Shown in pieces: positions 27,596-35,184 of a stretch of DNA of 64,000 bases. The notes under the pieces were generated by a model. It was not told the origin of the DNA, did no database searches, and saw only the letters and a program-made list of their open reading frames with translations. Source of the stretch: Candidatus Latescibacterota bacterium (GTDB lineage: Bacteria; Latescibacterota; UBA2968); assembly GCA_965204745.1 (NCBI GenBank), contig OZ242010.1:3232001-3296000 (forward strand), written 5' to 3'. Every line of letters begins with the position of its first letter. Position 1 is the first letter of the stretch. Both the position numbers and the translations under genes were made by a program.

Positions 27596-28962
27596 GGCGA
27601 TGGCTCCCCCCGTTCGCTGACCAAATTGGGATTGTGGTTTTCCTCGAGTTGACGCGCTTGGGCGTAATCGCCTTGGCTTTTGGCAATGCGGTAAAATGCC
27701 CGCCAATACCGATCCGGCGCGATGCGATAGGCATGCTCTGCGGCTTGGTACGCACGCATCCCAACACCTTGCAGGTCGGAGTTGAGATAGGCATGCGCCA
27801 AAGTGATCAGGGCCTCGGCTCGGTCTTGCCACCCAAAGGTCGTCACCGGATAAATGGCTGCAATGGCTTGGCGATACGCGCCCTCTTTGAGCTTGACGCT
27901 CGCCAAACTGAGCGACAACCCGCCGTACGTATCGCACACGCGCGCCTCGTATCGGTTGTGCCGATAGGCTTTTTGGGCAAAGGCCACGGCTTGGGCCAAA
28001 TCGTCTCGATACGCGGTGAACGCCATGTCCAAATACAGGGCGGCGCGGGACGTGTCTGACCGCGCATAGAACAAGGCGCGTTGCATGGCGCGAATCGCCT
28101 GCTCGGTATCTTCTTCTTTGCCGTGGCGCAAGCCCTTGAGGCGGAGGATGGCACAGCGCATGTTGTACCCGCCGTCAAAGCGCGCTGCCGCGAGCACTTG
28201 CGCGAACCAATCCGGATTGTTGCCCAAGGCGCCGCGAGACGCTGCCGCGGCAATTTTGGGAATGTAAAAATCCGGCTCGATGCCCTCAAAATTCACCTGC
28301 GCCGCGGTTTCGATGAGGTTCAAGCTGTTCTCGATATAAACGCTCAAATAGGCTTGCAGGGTATCGCTCATGCCCGCGCGCTGGGGCGACGTATAGACGA
28401 GTTCCCTTTGCTCTCGCACGAGAATGGCGGTCCAGATCTCGCGCAACCCGTCTTCTGCGACTCGCCAGATGCGGTGCAAGGTGTCGATCATCGCCGGGTG
28501 AAAGCGCGTGTCTAGCCGCGTGGTGTCTCGCAGTTCTGCGGGGAGGAGATTCAAAGGCATGGGTTGGCGGGCGTATTCCCGGTCGAGCGCGGCATTGGCA
28601 CGCGCCATCGCGTATTTGACCGTGAGCCGCCCCTGTTCGTAGATCACATCCGGGTCTTGCTCTCGGTCGCGCGCGATGCGGTACGCGTCCGCGCCTTTTC
28701 TGAGCAGGTCGATCCGCGCATTGGGATCCGCGTCATAAGCGCGTTCGCAAGCCGTGCCCAGCCAGATATAGTACGCGCTGGTAAAGATGAGGGCGTGATC
28801 GCACGCGCGTTCAAACTGCGTCACGGCTTTGGCATAATCCGCAACCGAGAACGCGGCGCGGCCCTCTTCAAAGGCGCGATAGGCCAAGTCGTCGTCCTTT
28901 TCCCACGCGCGAGACGGGGCAATGGCGACGGCGAACAACAAGATGAGGGCTGTTTTTTTCAT
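27592..28962 (-). CDS. Secreted TPR-like helical repeat protein
   Basis: Signal peptide MKKTALILLFAVAIAPSRA. TPR-like segments include AFEEGRAAFSVADYAKAVTQFERA, AYYIWLGTA and GDYAQARQL. Confidence 0.7.
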   Translation of the reverse strand: MKKTALILLFAVAIAPSRAWEKDDDLAYRAFEEGRAAFSVADYAKAVTQFERACDHALIFTSAYYIWLGTACERAYDADPNARIDLLRKGADAYRIARDREQDPDVIYEQGRLTVKYAMARANAALDREYARQPMPLNLLPAELRDTTRLDTRFHPAMIDTLHRIWRVAEDGLREIWTAILVREQRELVYTSPQRAGMSDTLQAYLSVYIENSLNLIETAAQVNFEGIEPDFYIPKIAAAASRGALGNNPDWFAQVLAAARFDGGYNMRCAILRLKGLRHGKEEDTEQAIRAMQRALFYARSDTSRAALYLDMAFTAYRDDLAQAVAFAQKAYRHNRYEARVCDTYGGLSLSLASVKLKEGAYRQAIAAIYPVTTFGWQDRAEALITLAHAYLNSDLQGVGMRAYQAAEHAYRIAPDRYWRAFYRIAKSQGDYAQARQLEENHNPNLVSERGEPSP

Positions 28963-28970
28963 GATCGATC

Positions 28971-30320
28971 TCACGATTGGCCCAAGGCGCGGTTGAGCAA
29001 GCGGATGCCCCTGCGCGCTTGGGTTTCGAGGTGGAGGGATTTGCCGAGGCCCGACCGCGCGAAAATCTGGATATTGTCCAAGCGGCCCCTGCGAAAGGTG
29101 AGGGTAAAGGCAATGCCGTCCGCAAAGTGGATTCTGGCGCGGTTTGGGGCCAGGGCGAGTTGGGCGTTTTCAAAAATTCTGTTTTCCTGCGTTTTGAGGC
29201 GCGCGAGGGCGCGTTGAATGCGGGTGAGGCGCGCGAGTTCTGCCGAAAGCCCGGCCGATGCGCGAAAGTTGGAAAAGCCAATGCGCCCGGCCGGGCCATA
29301 GCCTTTGAGATCCTCTGATTCCACTTGGGGCGCGTCTTTGTCCGTGTGCGTAGGCGGTGGCAAGGTCGCAGGTGTGTGCGAGGGCATCTGCAATGTGGGC
29401 CGCGTGACCGCGACTTCTGGGCGCGATCCAAAAAAGGACGATGGAGCCGCCCCTCGGTCTAAGCGGGGCGCAGAGATGTTGGGGCGCGTCTCGAACGCGA
29501 GTTGCGGCAGGTCGCGCTGGCGCGAAATATCGGGCAATGCCGCGAGCACGCGCTTGGGCTTGTCCGGCAATGCGATTTGTGGACGCGGCACGGTCGGCGC
29601 GATCACTTTAGGTTCTGGCTCGGGCGCGGCAACTTTGGGTTCTGGCGGCGCGTTCTGCCCCATGTCAAAAACGCCCTGCGCGCTGACGAGCATCTCCTCA
29701 AAATTTGCGACAATCGCATTGCGCGCGCGACCACTTGCGGGCGGGAACAGGGCCAAGAGCAAGACCGCACCCACAGCACACGCGCCGGCCAGCGTGGGCA
29801 AAAAGCGTTGGCGATGGCGTTGCACAGGCGGCGACAGCAGACGGGGAACAACCGCAGACGGCGCGGCATCGGGCGCGAGGGCAATGGCGATTTCGATCTC
29901 GTGCCGACGATTGGGAAATCGATCCCACAACTTGGCAAGCCCGACCCGGTTCCGGGCGGCGACTAGCGCATATGCCTCGTGCAAGATGTGGCCCTTGTAC
30001 CAGCGGTCGATGACCTCCGGCGAAGGCAACTTGGCGGCCACAACGCGGCGCGCAGAGGACTCTCCTCCAATGCGATCATCAAAGGCATCGGCCTCCACAG
30101 GCGGATCATACCCTCGGTCGCGCAACCCTTGGACGAGATGCTCCACAGCGCGGTGATAGTCCCGCGTAAAATGTTTCGGCGAGACATGTCCACACACCCT
30201 GCGCGCCTCGTGCAAATTGCGTGCGTGCAACACGGCCCGCAACACGCCAAAAAGCGCGGGTTGCTCTTGCGCCATGCGGTCAAAGGCACTGCGGATTGTA
30301 CTTTGTCGTTGAGGAGACAT
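28971..30320 (-). CDS. Hypothetical bitopic membrane protein with a Pro-rich linker (TonB/TolA-like architecture)
   Basis: N-terminal soluble region, a single TM helix LAGACAVGAVLLLALF, a Pro-rich stretch PPEPKVAAPEPEPKVIAPTVPRP and a globular C-terminus. Lies downstream of exbB/exbD-like genes. Confidence 0.6.
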   Translation of the reverse strand: MSPQRQSTIRSAFDRMAQEQPALFGVLRAVLHARNLHEARRVCGHVSPKHFTRDYHRAVEHLVQGLRDRGYDPPVEADAFDDRIGGESSARRVVAAKLPSPEVIDRWYKGHILHEAYALVAARNRVGLAKLWDRFPNRRHEIEIAIALAPDAAPSAVVPRLLSPPVQRHRQRFLPTLAGACAVGAVLLLALFPPASGRARNAIVANFEEMLVSAQGVFDMGQNAPPEPKVAAPEPEPKVIAPTVPRPQIALPDKPKRVLAALPDISRQRDLPQLAFETRPNISAPRLDRGAAPSSFFGSRPEVAVTRPTLQMPSHTPATLPPPTHTDKDAPQVESEDLKGYGPAGRIGFSNFRASAGLSAELARLTRIQRALARLKTQENRIFENAQLALAPNRARIHFADGIAFTLTFRRGRLDNIQIFARSGLGKSLHLETQARRGIRLLNRALGQS

Positions 30321-30357
30321 GGTGGTTTCTCGGGACCTGGTGTATGCTTATGAGGAT

Positions 30358-30470
30358 AGCCACAAAAGGCACGAGCGGGGTACAACTGGCGATAGCCAGT
30401 TCAAAAGCACAAAAGGGATACAACTGGCGATAGCCAGTTCAAAGGCGAGCAGTGTTTGTACGTGCTCGCC
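30358..30470. repeat. Palindromic REP-like repeat, family B; tacaactggcgatagccagttcaaa duplicated in tandem
   Basis: Two direct copies near 30381 and 30419. An inverted copy lies at 54885-54923 and a related element at 41633-41697. Confidence 0.75.
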
Positions 30471-30492
30471 CTGCCCGTCTCTCGGAGAGGGG

Positions 30493-31023
30493 TTACAATT
30501 TTCTCTTTTGACTCTCAAGCCCCCATTGCACGGTCTTAAACCCATTGGCGTTGAGGGCGTCGTACACGCCAACCGTGTACGTCACAGTGGCATCGCGCTC
30601 AAAATAGAGGCGCGCCAAAATATCACTGGGATCAAAACCCCGTTGCGCTTGGAGTGCGTGCAAGGCTTTTTGGGTCGCCAAAAACACCGCGCGTTCAATG
30701 CCGACTTGGGCGTTGTCTGCCCCGTGTTGAAAGACGATGTGTTCTTCGGTGGCAACGCCGCCCTTGTCGAACTGGATATGGGATTTGCCGATGATGATCT
30801 GCAAAAACCGCTCGTCCGTGGGATTGGGCGCCGCGTGGGTTTCGTCAGCGGCTTTGATAAAGTTGAGTTTTTGCGCGTGGACAAAGCGGTTGTGCAAATT
30901 GGCGAGATGCGTTTGCCACACGTTTTGGATGATGAAAAATGTCAGCAACAAAAACAGCACGTCGATAAATCCCTCGCCCGTGTCCAACAACGCTGCCAAA
31001 GGTCGCCTGTTGCGGTGTCTCAT
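30493..31023 (-). CDS. ExbD/TolR-family biopolymer transport protein
   Basis: Short basic N-terminus, TM FIDVLFLLLTFFII with the conserved Asp, and a periplasmic domain ending ERDATVTYTVGVYDALNANG. Confidence 0.8.
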   Translation of the reverse strand: MRHRNRRPLAALLDTGEGFIDVLFLLLTFFIIQNVWQTHLANLHNRFVHAQKLNFIKAADETHAAPNPTDERFLQIIIGKSHIQFDKGGVATEEHIVFQHGADNAQVGIERAVFLATQKALHALQAQRGFDPSDILARLYFERDATVTYTVGVYDALNANGFKTVQWGLESQKRKL

Positions 31024-31047
31024 GGATAATTCCCCAAGGCACAGGGG

Positions 31048-32304
31048 CTACGCCTGTGCGTCTCGTAAAAAAAAATGTTGAACCAAATTGAGCATGCGCG
31101 CTCGGTGTTGCAGGCTACGGGCTTTGGTCTTGCGAATGAGGATCATGGACAAAATGCGTCCGAGGAACCCAATGGCCGTGGTGACGAGTGCAAAGTTGAT
31201 GTAGTGCGCCATTTTGAGTTGGGTCTGCGCCGGGCCTTCGCCCACTTTCATCGTATCTTCCAAAATTTTGAACGCGTCGATCATGCCCACGACCGTGCCC
31301 AACAAGCCGAGGGAGAGTGCCAACAGGCCCAACATGCCAAAACCCTCGGAGAGACGGTCTTCAATCTCGTCGAAAAGGAGATAGATTTTGTCCGTGCATC
31401 GCTCGACCAATCTGGCGCGGTCAGACGCGATTTCCGATTCCACAGACGTGAGAATGGCGTAGAGTTCGGTGTTTTCAGCCAGGGCGTAATCCGCGTTGTA
31501 CTGCCCGCCCCAAAGCAAGTCAATGCCGTGGGTTTGAACGATCTGCGCGTCTGAATCCGTGAAGAACCGGTCCGATGCCAAGTCGTGGGACAAGACTTGG
31601 GCATAGCGCACGACCATGTAAAAGGGCAAGGCGATCAGAAACAGGATCAACACCGTGGAGAGCGGGCCGCTGATGTTGGAGATGTACCGCCCGATAGACT
31701 CGGCCAAATCCCCGCCGCGCACCACCGTGGGCACGGCATTGTCCGCGCCAAACGCGAGTTGGATGTCGTCAAACCCGTACTCGATCATCTGCGTATTGGG
31801 CGCGATGGGGCCGTCCAATGCGTTGTCGAAGTCCAGCGCATAGACGCGGTTGCCGCGCTGAAAGCGCAACTCGTCGATCACCGCGCTGTGGCTGGCGTTG
31901 CGCGTGCGAATGACCAAGCTATCGACGGGCAGATCCGGTATCTCGATCCACTCGCGTTGCGTGCCCGAGTAATAGGTCGAATCCCGCCCCTGCACGTGGA
32001 CGATGACCGCGATGGGCAAGAAGCGATCTACATTTTTGAAGCGGATGTCTGTGACCGGGAGGGTTTGTTCGGGATTGTCCGGATGCTTGAAGGTGACGGT
32101 CAGCGCGCGCCAAAACGTGCCGCCTTGCAGGACTTGCCCGCCTTGTAGCCCGGTGATGGTCGCGTCGAGGTAGATGGCCGCCTGCGTGCAGATGTAGATG
32201 CCCAAAAACAGGGCGATGAGATAGAAGACCACCTGAACGATGGGATGGTTTTTGATGGTGGGGTGGTTTTTGATCGACGCGATGTATGCAGCGGGTTTGG
32301 GCAT
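31048..32304 (-). CDS. MotA/TolQ/ExbB proton-channel family protein with an extra N-terminal TM and extracytoplasmic domain
   Basis: C-terminal ExbB signature LGLLGTVVGMIDAF...INFALVTTAIG, preceded by an extension of about 200 aa. Confidence 0.85.
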   Translation of the reverse strand: MPKPAAYIASIKNHPTIKNHPIVQVVFYLIALFLGIYICTQAAIYLDATITGLQGGQVLQGGTFWRALTVTFKHPDNPEQTLPVTDIRFKNVDRFLPIAVIVHVQGRDSTYYSGTQREWIEIPDLPVDSLVIRTRNASHSAVIDELRFQRGNRVYALDFDNALDGPIAPNTQMIEYGFDDIQLAFGADNAVPTVVRGGDLAESIGRYISNISGPLSTVLILFLIALPFYMVVRYAQVLSHDLASDRFFTDSDAQIVQTHGIDLLWGGQYNADYALAENTELYAILTSVESEIASDRARLVERCTDKIYLLFDEIEDRLSEGFGMLGLLALSLGLLGTVVGMIDAFKILEDTMKVGEGPAQTQLKMAHYINFALVTTAIGFLGRILSMILIRKTKARSLQHRARMLNLVQHFFLRDAQA

Positions 32305-32489
32305 ATCATCTCTACCATTGCGGTGAGTTCAGTAGCGGACGGAATTTGACCAATTTAAGGATTTACGCAGGACTTATCCACCAAAATTTTGGGCAATAGA
32401 AGAACGCCCCATCTAAAATCGCTTGCACGATCTCGGATGGGGCCAATCGTTTCGATCACCCAAAGGCGCGTTGCGTCGGATCATGAACT

Positions 32490-32882
32490 TTATTTACTAT
32501 CCCCATCTCGGTCGATAGACCTCGTTTCTTCATCGGGGATTCGGCTCCGAATTTTTTCAACCAATGCGGCGGTTGACTGCCGATAGCGATACCACAAACT
32601 CATCAATACGAGACCGCCGATGAAACCGATGGTGACAATCACGGTGAATACAGTAAAAATGCGGTCAGAAGCGATGTGTGTCGCGAGTAGAGCGATGAGG
32701 AATGAACAACTTATGGACACCAGCGCAATGCCAAAGTTTAGGAAAAGACTCGCAGGCATTCCCTTTTCGAGCATATCCAATTCGCGTTCCTCAATTTCGT
32801 ACAATCGCATCGCAGGGACTTTGCCCCTCAGAATCTCGATGGATTTTTCGCCGCCGTTTCGCGCTGAAGATATATGATCCAT
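32490..32882 (-). CDS. Hypothetical 2-TM membrane protein (130 aa)
   Basis: ATG 32882 lies 1 nt after the upstream stop. Two hydrophobic helices: LFLNFGIALVSISCSFLIALL and IFTVFTVIVTIGFIGGLVLMSLW. Confidence 0.7.
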   Translation of the reverse strand: MDHISSARNGGEKSIEILRGKVPAMRLYEIEERELDMLEKGMPASLFLNFGIALVSISCSFLIALLATHIASDRIFTVFTVIVTIGFIGGLVLMSLWYRYRQSTAALVEKIRSRIPDEETRSIDRDGDSK

Positions 32883-32883
32883 C

Positions 32884-33162
32884 TCAAAGATTCCTTTCCA
32901 GCCATTCGTCGCTACAAAGCACATTCCATCCGGCCGCTTCCGCTTGAACATCTGACTTGACGACAAAAAGACGACTTCCCTCTATATGCCTCCACAAGTC
33001 CTCTGTAATCTCTGTCGCGCTCTTATCAGTCACCACGGCCCAGGTCGATTTGGTAATGTGCGCCCAAGCGCGATATTTCTTAATTGCATCGCGGAGCGCG
33101 TCGTAATCGCTTCCTGCCGCAATGTCGCAAGAGATAATATAGCACTTTTCATTTTTTTTCAT
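32884..33162 (-). CDS. Stand-alone small Cas2/VapD-like (ferredoxin-fold) protein
   Basis: 92 aa with a GAGGAGG RBS. The pattern CYIISCD...DYDALRDAIKKY..WAHITKSTWAV.T..SA.EI...L...RLFVVK resembles, from recall, solo proteins auto-annotated as Cas2-like or SinR-family. No cas genes or array nearby. Confidence 0.6.
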   Translation of the reverse strand: MKKNEKCYIISCDIAAGSDYDALRDAIKKYRAWAHITKSTWAVVTDKSATEITEDLWRHIEGSRLFVVKSDVQAEAAGWNVLCSDEWLERNL

Positions 33163-33181
33163 TGACGTTCCTCCTCGTGTT

Positions 33182-33910
33182 TTACCCGGCGATGATCATG
33201 TAGGTCAGCCATTCCCCGTGGGGGTTTTGGATGTGGTAGGGCGTGCCGGGGGGCAGGTGGACCGCGTCGCCTTCGGTGATGGGTTGTTCGCCATCCGGGG
33301 TGACGAGGACGCCCTTGTTTTCGATGATCCACAACCCGAGTTCCACCTCGTCATAACGCCGCGCGATGCTCTGATGCCCGGGTTGAATGGCTTCGCGGTC
33401 GATGAATGCAATGGATTTCAAGCACCCGTCTTCTGTGCCCACAGGCCCGAGTTGATGCCAGCGAATCGCGCCTGCGCCGTCGCTGACCGGCAACACGTCT
33501 TCCCAGTTGCGAATCACGCACGCGCCGCCCGGGGCCGCGTCGATGTTTTTGCCCAGAACGAGGTGTTCGAGCCAATCGTCGTTCATGTCATTGAACATCT
33601 GGTGGTGAATGTCGGCTGGCAAATAGACCGCATCCCCCGCCCGGACTGGAAACCGGTCTTCGCCGACCAAGACTTCGCCGCTACCGCTGAGGATGTAATA
33701 GGCTTGTTCGACTTGCGCGTGCTTGTGGTGGTCAGAGGTCTTGCGGCCTTGCAATGCGTGCTTGACAATGCCTTGAAGATGGTGCAACTGATGTGCGTCT
33801 TCGTCCTTCCGATTGGGGCCGGCATTTCTGCTTTTCAACCCCGGCCAGCGAATCGCGCTCAAGTGCGCGACTTCGGGCTGTTGGTCTCGCCAGTTTCTAA
33901 TGTGTGCCAT
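33182..33910 (-). CDS. Bicupin (cupin domain) protein
   Basis: HHKHAQVEQAYYILSGSG..GDAVYLPADIHHQM, plus a second cupin GDAVHLPPGTPYHI. Confidence 0.85.
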   Translation of the reverse strand: MAHIRNWRDQQPEVAHLSAIRWPGLKSRNAGPNRKDEDAHQLHHLQGIVKHALQGRKTSDHHKHAQVEQAYYILSGSGEVLVGEDRFPVRAGDAVYLPADIHHQMFNDMNDDWLEHLVLGKNIDAAPGGACVIRNWEDVLPVSDGAGAIRWHQLGPVGTEDGCLKSIAFIDREAIQPGHQSIARRYDEVELGLWIIENKGVLVTPDGEQPITEGDAVHLPPGTPYHIQNPHGEWLTYMIIAG

Positions 33911-34001
33911 GTTTGTTTCCTTTCGCGGTGTTGTGAAGGACTTGTGCGAATCTGGGTGAGGTTCGGCTAAATTAGCGCGATTGGCGAATGTTAAATAAAA
34001 A

Positions 34002-34290
34002 AGTCAGTTGTCAGTTGTCAGTTGTCGGTTGTCAGTTGTCAGACCGCCCAGCCCCTCACCCCCGTTACTCGCTTCGCTTCGTTGTAGGCTACGCCTGTGC
34101 CTTTGAGGAAGGGGGGAACGCGGATGGGTTTTGCGAGGGGATGGTGTGAGGGGTTTTTAATCGCTTTATGCCCTCGCGCAATGCCATCAGAGCAACCAGA
34201 GCGAGAAGCCATCAAAGGAGCTTTACTCCCCTTTCCTCGTAGGAAAGGGGCCGGGGGATAGGTCCCCTCGGTCAACGCCATCAAAGGACC
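34002..34290. repeat. Heptamer tandem repeat (gtcagtt)n followed by a family A REPIN-like element
   Basis: About five gtcagtt units, then an element homologous to 933-1156. Confidence 0.85.
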
Positions 34291-34327
34291 AAACGCTTTA
34301 GACAAGCACCGCATGATCCCTTTGGTA

Positions 34328-35101
34328 TTATGCCGCTGCGAGCACTTCGCGCACTCGGGGAAATTCGCGCCAGATGTCGAGGAAGCCCCGATTGCCGTTT
34401 TCAGTGCAATCGACGTGGCGGAGGCGGGCAATGGTCGCGTAGCGAATATTGGGAGACGCATTCGGGCCGGCGCTGTGGACCATCTGGTGGTGGGCGAGAA
34501 CGAGATCGCCCGCGTTGCCGGTGATCATATCCGGACCTTCGGGCAATGCCACATGCGGCGTACCATCGGAGAGCACTTCGAGCCCCTCGCGCTTGAAGTA
34601 GGATTGAAAAAAGCGATGCGACCCCGGCCAAACCGTGAAATTGCCGCTAAAGGACTCGGGCACATCGGCCAGGTAAATGACGGCAAAACAGGTGAAATCG
34701 CGGCGGTACACGCCTTTGGGCATGCCATTCATGCCCGTGCCCATGCCGTCGAGATGCCCCCGCGGTTCGGCCGGGTCTTTGCCGATGACATTGGGAAACC
34801 GCGGCGCCACCTGCGCGCCTTGGATGGGCTTTTGCAAGTTGCCCTCTCCCATCAGGGATTCGGCGAGGGAAATGACCGGGCTGTTGTTGAACAGGTCCAT
34901 AATCACGGGACTGCCATTCAAGTCGCGGCAAAACTGCGCGGCGCGATGCTTGGACATATCCTCGCCATTTGGCCCCAGCGTGCCAATCGAATGGTTGATG
35001 GCCTGCCGCGCCGTATCCACCATCGCCTTCGAGATGGCACCGGGGATTTTGACGTACCCACGCTCGTAAAATTCGCGGATTTGTTCGGTCGTGAGTTGCA
35101 T
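34328..35101 (-). CDS. Phytanoyl-CoA dioxygenase (PhyH) family Fe(II)/2OG oxygenase
   Basis: MQLTTEQIREFYERGYVKIPG start with an AAGGAG RBS. HLD iron motif, GNFTVWPGSH and GDLVLAH..VH. Confidence 0.85.
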   Translation of the reverse strand: MQLTTEQIREFYERGYVKIPGAISKAMVDTARQAINHSIGTLGPNGEDMSKHRAAQFCRDLNGSPVIMDLFNNSPVISLAESLMGEGNLQKPIQGAQVAPRFPNVIGKDPAEPRGHLDGMGTGMNGMPKGVYRRDFTCFAVIYLADVPESFSGNFTVWPGSHRFFQSYFKREGLEVLSDGTPHVALPEGPDMITGNAGDLVLAHHQMVHSAGPNASPNIRYATIARLRHVDCTENGNRGFLDIWREFPRVREVLAAA

Positions 35102-35184
35102 GACGATCTCCTTAAAATAGGGTTGCACAACGTCGCTATTGGTCATTAAACTTACGAAAAATACAATTCAAGGACAACGATTAT

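Noticed and set aside
27596-27937. N-terminal extension of the PEGA ORF (678 aa in the track)
   Set aside because: It overlaps the TPR gene. The signal peptide and ATGA coupling indicate a start at 27595.
34039-34461. ORFs over the intergenic repeats (also 43575-43808 and 46803-47404)
   Set aside because: They are translations of family A repeat DNA with no transposase motifs.
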